From Octopus sinensis (Eukaryota): a stretch of 64,000 nt of DNA. The first letter of the stretch is position 1. Every line of letters begins with the position of its first letter. The notes under the pieces are model-generated. The model was given only the letters and a program-made list of their open reading frames with translations, was not told the origin of the DNA and did no database searches. Below are positions 25,899 through 38,286 of the stretch, one piece after another. A program made the position numbers and the translations under genes. The stretch lies in assembly GCF_006345805.1 (NCBI RefSeq), contig NC_043004.1:31930001-31994000 (forward strand). The letters run 5' to 3'.

Positions 25899-27004
25899 AT
25901 GACCAAACGAAATCTTGTTTACTTTCAGGTCAACTCTGATAAGATCGGACTAAAAGTTAAAGGTGTTTTAGCTGTGGTCTTCCTATCTTTTATTCAGACA
26001 TACCCTATCTAGGACTGCATTCATACAATGTTTCTGCTTTTTGAAGATGGTTTGGTCGCTTTTTCCGCCAGGTTGAGTCGCTACTTAGATCGGCTCCCTC
26101 TGGTGACATGACAGTAAGTGATTTTAGATACGAAACCACAAATTTAGTGAGATGAGGAATAACTTGATTGTATACTCTTTCCCCAACATAAAAAGCTCGG
26201 GTTGGCTTGAGCATAGGGAAGTCTCACACAATACACAAAGAGATATTAACTGTGACATTTTCTCTGACGTCCGATTTCTAATACATGACAAAACTACAGG
26301 GAGTGATCGATTGTATATATATATATATAGGCGCCTATGTTTACTGGTGGGAGGAATGCGAGATATTGTCTACAGACAGACCAGAAATGTGGCAAGAACG
26401 CTTGCCATAAAGTGGACAACCTCTAACGGCTCGGTAGTGGTGAGTGTTAAGTTAAGCGACAACTGCAGTCTATTCTACAAACTCATAGTTTCCAGTTACC
26501 TAATTCTGCTGAAAAGGTTTGGGTCAACCTCAGAGCTTATCTCAATCTCTGCCGTTGGCTTATTTCCCTTAATTCAGTTCTGTTTTTACGTTCAGAGCTC
26601 AAATTTCGGGACCAGTTGAGCACCGGCAACGATGTGATCGACTTCTTCCTCCCCTTATGGCCCTACGCCAAAATTTGAAACCATTAAGGAAACGAACTGG
26701 TAGATAAATTGGTTAGAGGTATATCTTCAGTCTCTTTACGTTTTGAATTCAAATCCCAGCAAGATCAACTTGCCTTTCATCCTTTTCGGCGTTGATAAAA
26801 TACGTACCAGTTGAGCACTGGGGTCGATGTACTCGACTAAACCTCATCCACTAAAATTACTGGCCTTGTACCTAAATTTGAAACCAGCAAAGGCGGTGGG
26901 CTAGCAAACTTGTTAGTGTGTCGGACAATGCCTAGCGGAATTTTCCCCGAATTAGCTATGAGTTCAAATGCTGCCAGTGCTTATCGTAGAAAGAATTACT
27001 TTTT

Positions 27005-27176
27005 ATTCTTTTACTGACTGCGGCCATGTTGGAGCACCACCTTTAGTCGAACAAATCGACCCCAGTACTTATTCTATCGGTCACTTTTGTTGAACTGCTA
27101 CGTTACGGGGACGTAAACACATCAACATCGGTTGTCAGGCGATAGTGAGGGGTGGGTGGTTGACATACACACAAAT

Positions 27177-27207
<31 letters not shown>

Positions 27208-27910
27208 TGTATACAAACTTCTTTCAGTTTCCGTCAACCAAATCCACTCACAAGACTTTGGTCGGCTCAAAATAGTAGACGAAGACGGCAACCCCCCTCA
27301 AAAAAAAACCCCATCCCCTAAAAAAATTTTTTTTTTTCTCGACACAAACCCCACTTTTCGGCTACGGGGAAATACGAATCTGCAAAAAAAAATTGACAAA
27401 AATCGACATTTCTAAATTATCACCCCACCCCCATTTCCTTCATCTTTAAGTTTTTTCACAATTTTTTTTTTTTCAAAATATGCGGAAAAATACGGACATT
27501 ATGATTCTGAAGAAAAAATTTCCAAAATCTTTGTAAAATTTTTTTTTTAAGAATTTTTTTCCCTAAATATGCGGAAATATACGGACATGATTCGGACAAA
27601 AATTTCAAAACATTTCTGTACTTAGGGTTTTTTGGGTTAGTGCTGAGGAAAAAGTCAAAACTGGAGAAGTTGGGTGGAGAGGAGGGAATTTCACAATGCC
27701 GACTTTTGGCAATTTTCCGGACCCTCTCTATACGAAAACGGGGAGTTATGGCAAAAAGAAGAAAAAAAATTACAAAAATAAACAAATTTCGGAGAAAATG
27801 GCCGGGGGGGGGGGGGACGGAAGTCTTTCCTACAAGGTGTCATGCAGTGGGACTGAACTCGGAACCATGTAGTTGGGAAACAAGCTTCGTACCACAGCAA
27901 CTCTTGCGCC
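27005..27910 (-). mobile_element. SINE family A copy split by a roughly 540-bp insertion (about 27277-27820)
   Basis: SINE body stops after TAGTAGA and resumes at CAAGGTGTCATGCAGTGGGACTGAAC. Confidence 0.65.
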
Positions 27911-28780
27911 TATTCTGTGTAACAAATTTCTTATTTGTATTGCCTTTGGTCAGAAAGTGTTATTTCTTTCTTGATCCTATCTAGAATTCAAAGTAAATAA
28001 TATGATCCCTTCAAACTTTGCTTTTGTGATCTGGACATCAATGTTTTGAAACTGATCTATTTTCCATTACATTTCAGAAAGATTTAGGCTCGAATTGCTG
28101 AAGCAAATATCATTATAGTAAATATTCTGCTCAGTATCATAAATTTGCTTGACTTTAACCACTTAAGCATGTCCCTTAGTAGCCGATAATATGTGCATCT
28201 CTGATCAGGAGTAGTGGGGGAGCTTCATAGCCATATGTTGAGCGGTATTCTTTGAGGTTTGAATAAATGTAAGAAAAGCAGAGTTTGAAGGAAATGTTAA
28301 CCATTTTTCATACTTTCTAGAGTATGAAAGAATAACTGTTGCTAGCCAAGGACAGAAATCGTGTTATATGGTGTTATTATTATTATTCACATTACTGCTT
28401 GCTAAAATTTATTCCTAAACTTATTTCTATATGTAAAACCTGTTTCATCGATTAAGCGGGTTCGTGTTATCTATGCTTGATTGACTAGATCTATTAGACC
28501 AATCATATTGTTCGCTGTTTGCTGTCTCTTCTAACGAAGAAAAAGGTCGTTAGGTTTTTTTTCTTCTTTTTTTCTTCTCACTTGAAACAAAATTTCAATT
28601 CATGATAATTTTTGTTTTGCGTATAACATTCAATGCATCCATGATTTATCCCAGTCTTGTCTGAATGTGCCTGTCTGAATTATTTCTCTTAGCTCAATTT
28701 CGTGGCGGGTGGAGGGGTTTATGGCAGGCATTTGCTCATTATTCTGCACAGTAGGATGGAACCTAAAGTCACATGACTCT

Positions 28781-28977
28781 CTCTTTACTCTTTTACTTGT
28801 TTCAGTCATTTGACTGCGGCCGTGCTAGAGCACCACCTTTAGTCGAGCAAATCGACCCCAGGACTTATTCTTTGTAAGCCCAGTACTTATTCTATCGGTC
28901 TCTTTTGCCGAACCGCTAAGTGACGGGGACGTAAACACGCCAGCATCGGTTGTCAAGCAATGCTAGGGGGACACACA

Positions 28978-29023
<46 letters not shown>

Positions 29024-29194
29024 CATATATACGACAGGCTTCTTTCAGTTTCCGTCTACCAAATCCACTCACAAGGCATTGGTCGGCCCGGGGCTATAGC
29101 AGAAGACACTTGCCCAAGATGCTACGCAGTGGGACTGAACCCGGAACCATGTGGTTGGTTAGCAAGCTACTTACCACACAGCCACTCCTGCGCC
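28781..29194 (-). mobile_element. SINE family A, full length, least decayed copy in the window
   Basis: Complete head (RC GGCGCAGGAGTGGCTGTGTGG) to tail with most CpGs intact. Confidence 0.85.
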
Positions 29195-31002
29195 TAACTT
29201 AACCAACCATACAGCCATAACTGTTTTCCCTTTGAGCTATGTATTGAAACTTCTTTGGAAATGGATAGGATTTGGGGCACAATGAGTAATATTTGCTAAA
29301 GTAAGACAATTTCTTTTTTCCTTTATTTCTTTAGAATTACGTTTGAAAAAAAAAAAAAAAGACTCGTACACATCAATATCCATCCTTGGGCATCGAAAAG
29401 TGCAGAGATGCAACAAAAATTTCAAATATCTAGGTTAAATGAAAGAAGCTCGTGGAAAAACAGCACATGATATGAAATTAACGAAACTTGACTAAATCTA
29501 AAGACTCAACATAAAATCTTTACGATTTGCTGGAGTGGCTCTCTTCCTGATTTATTGAAATTAGTCATTATAGATTTTGCCCCACTTTAGACATTGTTTG
29601 AAAATTGTCTAATTAGACATTAGTGTGGGTAAAAAAAATTGACTTGAACTCTAACAGAGGAAAGAATGTTTATTGTTAAACAAAAAAATATCTATATATT
29701 TTATTAGCAATCTCATTTAGAATCGAGTCAAAGTTTAGGAAAAATCTCTTGAAAAAATAAAAGTACCTGTCACCTGACCGTTTCAAATTCTTCCAATTTC
29801 AACAATAGCTTTGCTGACCAATTTTTACCCCCAAAGATGATGCAACAGTACAAAATTGGGATGTGGTTGCGTATTATTAAAGTTATTGAAGTTTTCTTTG
29901 GGCATAAAAGGATGACTTGAAGTACCTAATGTGATTATGTTCAGGATTTTTTTTTATTAAAACAAAATTAGGTACAATTATGCAGAACTATTCTACAGAA
30001 AATATAGAATTTTCAATTATATCGTTAATGTAAATGAAAAATAATAGAAATTATTAACAGAATATTCTGTTATCGATTACTTTCATTTTTTAAATATTGT
30101 ACCAATTTTCACAAGAAAAAATCCCAGCACAAATCAGAGAGAATGTAATATGTATTAGATAGAAGCATTATGCTGAAAAAAATCGAATCCAAAATAGTAC
30201 TGGAGTTTGCTTTCACTCAAATGTTGGGTAAACTTTTCCACTCGTCTCACCTCGAAGGTGTGTTTTATATAAAGAAAGAGTGATTTGCGACTGGCCAGAT
30301 TCGTTCAAAACACATCAGAAAACTTCACTGTCAAAGTGAGACGGATTTTATATTATAAATGTACTATATTTGAACACTGTTCACTGCGAAAATGTATACG
30401 CTCAATAACTGGTGCATTAATATTTCTGTGTCAAAGAAGCGAAGCATAAGCAATCTCCGATTGAAGAATGTCGGAACGGACGCACATCAAAACTGCGTTG
30501 TTTCTCGGCTCATCGAAGGACAACACTATGTTCTTGTTACTTTAAGTCGGATCACTTGTGTTAAATGGTTTAAATTTTTCTTGTTTATCTCCGTAACCAT
30601 GTTGTCAGACGTAAATCCAACGTAAGTTGTGATGCGCCAAAGAGTAGGGGATACAATCAGAAAATGGCGAAACGACAACGACATTTGACTTATAATCGGG
30701 CAACGTTAACATTTGAAAGGCTCTGTCTCTCAACGTAGTCTTGGTTTAGTGCCAGACACGAAACCTTTTACAGAGATTAGAAAGTTGCACGAATAGCAAG
30801 GTGATAGTGAGGAAGAATTTATTGCAAGTTAGGTTGATAAATCGTTTCTAAGAGGAGGTTAAATTTACACAATATTCGTGCAAAACACAACAGCTGCTTT
30901 GTTTAATATACCTCCATACACACACACACATATAAATACTATAGTTACATTATTAGAACGCAGTATTGACTTATAAAAACATTTAGTATACTTCATAGTA
31001 TA

Positions 31003-31697
31003 CTAGCTGAAAAACCCGTCGTTGCCAGGCAATTTTTACAATAGAATGTCTTATGTAAAGTTTTGTTTATTCCATGTCAGACCATTCCTTCCCTGACTGA
31101 TTAGGACAGATTTGTGCAATTTTTCGCCAAAAAACTTCGTTGAAAATTTTTTTCCCTTTTAAATTATTGACATGTCTGTTCGACCGATTCACAAGACTTT
31201 ATTCATTAAAAAGAATGCCTAACTTTGGTCGTTGTAATACTTTGCTTTCGTCTGTGTTATAAAAATTCCTCCTCCTAATGATTTTACTTTCATTTTGTGA
31301 TAGATAGCTATCATGTAGAAAATGCCAGTATCCAAATCCTGTTTTCTGATTAGGTAAAATTGATTAAACTTTAAACGTTTTTCTGCTTTTTTTTTTCTGG
31401 AACAAATAAATTAATAAAATCGGATGTAACGTGGAAAATTATTTCAATATACCAAATTTGAAAATTTTGATATAAGTTACTCTCACTCTGCCACTGTGTT
31501 TCCCCTCCGACCAATACTTTTTGCACCCTTCTCATTTTATCATATAATTTGCCCCTGCCTCGGAAGGCACATTATAGATTTCTTTTGAAATCCAATCAGC
31601 CTGTTATTGAACTGGGTGTTAATGCAAAGTTTCGTGAATATTGGTTCGCTGGTTTAGACACTATGATGGTAACAGACAGATTGCCATTTATATATGA
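31003..31697 (-). mobile_element. Non-autonomous Helitron
   Basis: On - strand: 5'-TC...CTAG-3' inserted between A and T, subterminal imperfect hairpin CCTGGCAACGACGGG, no TSD. Empty site TAGTATA|TTATGG is present in a duplicate at about 32105-32117. Confidence 0.8.
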
Positions 31698-31860
31698 TTA
31701 TGGTTACATAACGAAATACCACATAACTACTAGTTATTAGTACTTACGAACCAGCTTCCAGAAATGCGTTTCATATGTAGAGTTGGTATATATAATAGCT
31801 ATACACCGCTGTATATAGTGGCTATTTAAGCCATGTGTTCGAGGATGATTAATGGGCTAG

Positions 31861-31913
31861 ATGGGTGCTGATGAAGGGCAAAAAAACCCCCGAGATGTGG
31901 CATATACGTCCAT
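31861..31913 (+). ncRNA. Type I hammerhead-ribozyme-like motif (GAAA core changed to GAGA), probably Penelope-derived
   Basis: CTGATGA 31868-31874, stem II GGG/CCC, GAGA 31892-31895, stem III ATG-TGG-CAT, H17=A31904, bulged stem I. Confidence 0.55.
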
Positions 31914-34529
31914 TACCCATTTTTCATCTTCGATCTCAGTTTGTTTTACATCTGACGTCTGGTATACAAAACGTAGTATCAAAAATCAGTGCTGGCTGTA
32001 ATTTCTATAGAATATTTGTAGAGATAACCTTAAAGTAATGTAAAAGTGCACTGCTAACGCAGTAGATCGCGGTATTGACTTATAAGAGCGTTTACTATAC
32101 TTTATAGTATATTATGGCTGCATAACGAAATACGACGTATCGACAAGTCATTAGTATGTGCGTAATGTTCAGGATGTTTTAGTCATAAAAAGCATTTAAG
32201 TGATGCTGGATACTAATCGTTGTTTCAAATTAGCTACAAATCTGACATACTGACGTAAAAATGTAACTTGTAACCCGAGAGGGCTGCCTGTAATCAATAA
32301 TAAATGTAGATCGAAGGAATCCTTGTATCCCTTCAATCTACATAAGCTAATTTGTTAATTCTCTTCTTTTTTAACCTTTTAAATGAAATGAAAACAAATT
32401 TAATCTTTCAACAAAATAGTCAATTTTTGCTATTACAACTGTCTCCTAAATTGATAGGCACTACCTTGTGGAGAAGGAAAAGCACCAGAAATTTAGTCTC
32501 TCTTTTCCTTTTGTAAAAGAATGTTTTTGTTAAAGAAAAGATATTTTTATTGTCCTCAATTCCGTGTCCCCTTTTCTGGTTAATTTTTACGTTTTTCGTC
32601 TGAACTAAACTCAGGATATCTTTCTACCCGAAAACAGTTTCTTCTAAAATATGAGAAAATATTCCATTTTTCTCGCGGTTCGAGGTTAAATAGAAGATGA
32701 GATAAAATATGACATTACTATTGAATTCTTTCCAACTACTGGCTAAAAACTCTCACCGATTTACGAACTAATCCATCTCAGCAGCAAGTTCATAGACTGG
32801 AACATGACGTGAACTTTCGTCACTCTGATTTCCTTCTAACTCCTTAATATAAACCAAACGAGTTATATTATCAGGTTTAATATTTTGGTGAATTATTGAT
32901 TGCAAGGTATTGGCACCCCACCTTCCAAAAGTAAGACACGTATGTTTCTGTAACTACCACTTGGAAGTCAAATTTATTGAACATACAACTCGTAGCCTTC
33001 AGTCATTCTCATGGCTGACGTAGGCATCGCACTTTCACTAAATGTGGTCGATTTTCTGTAAACCTTTTAATCTCTAGGAAGTGTCAGTACACTTCTTTTT
33101 GAGCGCTTGTTGATCCAGTACTGTAACTAGAGACACCTTTAGTTGGTTCGCTTAGTGCGGCCATAAGATGACAAAACCTTGGTTCGAAGAGAAGACCATG
33201 TCCAGCAACCAGTGTCGCTAGTGCTCTCAGTCCAATTGCATTTTCGGATATTAATATTACTGTTTTTGAATTGTTTTCAATAGTCGAGGTCTATACAGAT
33301 TACCACTTACAAGATGAGGATTGTTGTTGAGCTTGCTTCGAGGTAGCACAATATATGACCAATCGACCTGCTAGAAAGAGAAACCAAATCCTTCGCAAGT
33401 CACCCATTACAGTCTTCAAAAAAGGGAGGATACAATAGATAAAATAGTTTTAAACCAGTTTCTTCTAGATGGTTCAAAGTTAAATAATAGAACTGTAGTT
33501 TTTGCCATTTGAAATATGTTACTCTTTACGCAAAGGTTTATGTAATCGCAAAAGCAACAATACCAGTTAATCGAGCAACAGAATTTATGAGGTCAATATA
33601 TTCACTGAAGCGCAATAAAATGTTCAAAAGACAAAATAAAAATTCTAATCTAAAAGTGAAAGAGCCAATTAGCTGAACATCAGCGAAGTTCAATTGCAAG
33701 TTATGGAAAAGTTTGCCGTGATAATTTTCTGACAATTTTGTATTCGCCATTTGGATCTTTCACTTTTAGATTGGAATAATTTATTTTTACTTTTCACATA
33801 ATTATTTTATTTTACACCGGAAAATAAAATTGAATAATTTTAGAATATATTGTTATTTAACCTCATCGAATTTGAATCTATAAGTACAGATCATTCACAT
33901 TTTGTTAATGTTACAGCTGACAGTGAGAAAATAAAATAATTTCTCTTATTTTAAAAGAAACTATTATTTAATCTCATCAAATTGGAAGACCTGAAACCAG
34001 ATCAAGTGAAAAAAAAAAAAAACTTTCCATGTTATGGTCGATAGTTGAATTTTTTTTTTTTGAAAACAAATATTTTTTAAAGCTCACTGGTCGATGCCAA
34101 GCAAGTAAATAACTGTTATTGAAACCGAATTCACCTTACAGCCATGCGTTAAGTAATTTCCTGTTCTCTTGTTTTGAAAGATATTGAATAATTTACCAAA
34201 TTTTACGATTTCGTATTATCGAGTGCCTTTAATTAACTGAAATAAGATAATCATTTCTTGACTGTATAGATATATATATATATATATCTTTTAACAGAAA
34301 GGCTGCCCACCTTGAACCAGTAACAATTTTGAACACCATGCTGTATTGTTTCTGATTCGGCTTAAAATCATTTTATCTAATTTTTTTTAAAAAGACTAGT
34401 GGGAGACTTGAGAGATTTGGTTTCTATTTCTAGCAGGTCGATTGACCATATAGAGGTTCTCTTGTGTGATTTTGTTTTTTGTAAAAAGTTTTTATATCAC
34501 GATTAAACAACAAAAGTATTTGATAATAT

Positions 34530-35189
34530 GGCGATCTTTCGTTTGTAGTAGCACGTTTCCGTCGATGATTGGGCTTGCGGGAACATTTGAAGTAATGAGA
34601 GCGAAAGAGACTAAGAGAAAGCGATTGTATGACGAGGGAAGTTCTTTTGAAGTTACCGAAGCATTGATGTACATGTGTGTGTGTGTGTGTGTATGTATCT
34701 ATGTATGTGTGTATGTATGTATGTATGTATGTATGGCCGATTCAGTGTACACTGAATCGGCCATACACACATACATACTTACACACACACACATACATAG
34801 ATACATGCACACACACACATACATAGATACTTACACACACACACACACACACATACATGCATGCATACATACATATACACATACACCGAGTAAAAAATTT
34901 CAGTTATCTCTCTCTTTCACACATTACTCTCTCTGTCTCTTCACACACACTAACAGAAGCACTTCACTTACACAACATACTGTCTGTCTCCCACACCCCA
35001 TCAAACACACACACATGTACATCAATGCTTCGGTAACTTCAAAAGAACTTCCCTCGTCATAAAATTGCTTTCTCTTAGTCTCTTTCGCTCTCATTACTTC
35101 AAATGTTCCCGCAAGCCCATATGTAAAAATATAAAAGTTTTTTACGGAAATCATCGACGGAAACGTGCTACTACAAACGAAAGATCGCC
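34530..35189. mobile_element. Foldback MITE with GG...CC termini and 8-bp TSD (Merlin-like)
   Basis: TSD GATAATAT at 34522-34529 and 35190-35197; long near-perfect TIRs starting GGCGATCTTTCGTTTGTAG; perfect 38-bp central palindrome 34730-34767. Confidence 0.8.
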
Positions 35190-35293
35190 GATAATATTTT
35201 TGTATTTTCTATTTTCGGTGAGCTGACGTCCATTATGACCCTTAGAGTTCATATAAGATTAAGTTAAAGTTTATGAGCAATAAATTGGTTATA

Positions 35294-35661
35294 CAGGGTG
35301 TTCAAAGTCTCTCTGCAGTGAATTTTTCGGTGAACGGATTATTTCGAAAGATCACTTGATTTAACACCGCCAGACTTTTTTTTTTCTGGGGAACAAGTAA
35401 AGGATCAGTGTACAAGAATTGCCCGAAAACCATTAATGAGCTAAAAGATACGATCATAACCTTCACACGGTCCATACCGCGTCAGAGTCTCCAAGATGTA
35501 TATCAAAACATGTGTAAAAGAGTCAACATATGTCTTGAAAATGGACAACACTTTCAACACCTCTTATAAAGTTTTTAAAAGTCTTGTAAATCTGATATAT
35601 TCTTATAAATATTTATTTTGCAATAAAATACTTACTGCAGAGAGACTATTTGAACACCCTG
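35294..35661. mobile_element. Internally deleted Tc1/mariner (maT-like) element
   Basis: TA TSDs, TIRs CAGGGTGTTCAAA(TA)GTCTCTCTGCAGT, internal remnant RSLDLTPPDFF..G..KDQ.YKNCPKTINELKD. Confidence 0.85.
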
Positions 35662-38203
35662 TACATCTACAATACATAAAATATTACATTTTTTGTTTCG
35701 TTTTTGGATTTGGTTTGCATGCCTTATAATTTAACACGCTCACCGATAAAATTTCCACTTATTTCTTTTTTATTTTTCTAAACTTTTTGTTGCGTCTTGC
35801 AACCTTTTCAATATTTTTTGTTTGTTCCTTATCTATATCTATAAAATTTAATTATAAAAATACAATTGTTTTTTTTTAAAGTTGAATATTTTATGTTCCA
35901 GTGGAGTAAAATAGGCATCAAAGGGGTTCAAAGGCAAAAAATAGTTGAATACCACTGCATTTGAGCGTCAGAATAAAAGCTTTACTGTATTTCTTCTGAC
36001 TTTGTTCTGAGTTCAAATTCTGACGGGGTCAACTTAGCCTCTTCTGGGGTTGCTAAAATATAGTTCTCAGGTGCTGGGGTCGACGATATTGACTTACACC
36101 ACACATGACTCATCATGTCTAACTTATACACTTCCCTCAAAATTGTTGGCCTTGCACCTAATTTAGAAACAATTATTTTATGAAATAAGTAAAAGAGGAA
36201 ATTTTACATAAGGAAAAACAAATAACAAAATACATTTACCAAAAAAAAAAAAAACTATTTTATTAAATTTGGTGCTTCAAAAATGTTAATAGACTGATAC
36301 TGAAAGTATTCTCTTCTGAACAGAAGCAAAAAGAAGAAAAAAAACCATTAAGCAAACCATTTAACAGCATGACTTGTCAGTGGATTTGGTTGAGAGAAGC
36401 TGAAAGAAACATGTGTGTGTGTGTGTGTTTGTGTGTGCATGCGTGCCTTCTTGTTTGTCCCCACCACCACTTAACAACCAGTACTGGTTTGTTTATGTCC
36501 TTGTATCTTAGCAGTTTGGTAAGAGACAAATAGAATAGGTACCAGGCTTAAAAATATGTATTAGGGTCAATTTGTTCAACCAAACCCTTTAGGTCAATGC
36601 TCCAGTATAACTGAAGCAAGTAAAAGAGAATAAAAGAAAGGAAAAATTATTTCAAAAGTCCTGCAAAAGCATTTTATTTGGTAACCAAACACGTTATTGG
36701 CAATATACATATATGTGTATTGGTGCTTGCTTGAAATGTATGCATGTCTGTCAATGTTTTGTCCCATGTCTCATACTGGTATGTATGGACATGACTATGT
36801 AATATGGTGTATGTGTGTATGTATACTTGCAATCATCTTATTGATAGTGTGAAGCTGTGGATGGTGTGCAGTCATAGATGATAGTTAAGTTGATGTCACA
36901 ACTATGTGGTTCTGGATTTGATCACAGTGTACAGTATATTGGGAAGGTATCTTCTTCTATAGCCATGATTTGACTAATATATAGTGCATAAAATTTGGTA
37001 GACGTACTACTCAGGAGCCTGTTGAGTGTGTAGTTTGTATGTTGAAATCTTTCAGAACGTATATCTTGTTTTAAACTAACTGTGACTAATTTTTTTACAC
37101 ATATGTAATGAACATATGGCAAATCTAAAGAAACATCTGTAGACAGAAGAGAGATTGGCTAGATCAGGTTTCTGTCCTTAATTAGGATCTTCTTCAGCCA
37201 CTTGTCATATTATATCTCCCCAAGGGAAGTTACATAACTAATAGGTAGTAATTTATAACCACTAAATCAGTTAGTTATGCAAAACCAGTAAATCCAACTT
37301 GCATAAATAATGCTTTAATTGATATGTACATCTATGTTTGTGTGTATGTTGATGAGCTTAACACCTCATCAGTTTAAAATGAGGTCAGTAAAATATAGAA
37401 CAATAAAATAATTATCAGATGGAAATAATTACTGGGATTACTGTAATCGTTTAAAACAACTAAGAGTAGTGCTCCAGCATGGTTATAGTCTAATGACTGT
37501 AATAGAAGAATATTGGTGTGACCTTATTGATATGTGTTTGTATTGTGCATGGAAGTGTACGTTGGTGTGACCTTATGGATGTGTGTGTGTTTCTCCTTTT
37601 ATTATATTCATAATATAAATGGCTGCTGAAGTCTTCCTCTAGCAAGATAAAAACTCACTTCAGCAAGTTGAGAATAAAAGAGCCAAACTGTATTTGTTAG
37701 TAAACTGAATTTGTTTGCCTGACAACAACACTGATGATGATGCTTTATGATCAAATATTATATTGAAGCATAGAACAATGTGCTAAGAAGAGTGGTTGGT
37801 TGATTTACATAGTCTTTTTACTTTACTATTGTTTCAGTGAACAAGTAAATCACCCAACTCAATTGTTTCATCTATGCATCACTATTTCTGAATGAATGTA
37901 TGTCTTGCTATTCCCTATCACTTACTTTTCTCTCACTCACTCTCTCCTCTGTGTGTGTATGTGCATGAAAATATATATATATATATATATATATGACACA
38001 AACACCCTCAGGTAGGATGGTAGATTAATAGATAGAAAGATATATAGTTAAAAAAGCTGATTTCTATATGCATAAAAACAGTTGCTCAATACAAGTGTAG
38101 GGTCTGATATTTATAATTTTTATTGATTGTACCTTTGAAGTGTCATTAGGTGGGAGAAACAAGTCGTTGTCAATATAATGCCATCATAAAGAAAGTGAAC
38201 ATT

Positions 38204-38286
<83 letters not shown>

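Noticed and set aside
26152-26619. 155-aa ORF
   Set aside because: Runs through a (TA)n tract and SINE family B sequence; no splice or homology support.
27456-27984. Overlapping 109-, 114- and 69-aa ORFs
   Set aside because: Arise from homopolymer-rich insert and SINE sequence.
33700-33765. Protein-like KDPNGEYKIVRKLSRQTFP-stop on the - strand
   Set aside because: Weak acceptor and no linked exon; could be chance.
34466-35062. Longest ORF in the track (198 aa) and its mirror ORFs
   Set aside because: Produced by the foldback element and (TG)/(CA) microsatellites; the same peptide appears on both strands.
36922-37122. 66-aa minus-strand ORF with an upstream AG
   Set aside because: No recognisable homology or in-phase partner exon.
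37355-37385. CTGATGA on the - strand
   Set aside because: No downstream GAAA or closable stems.
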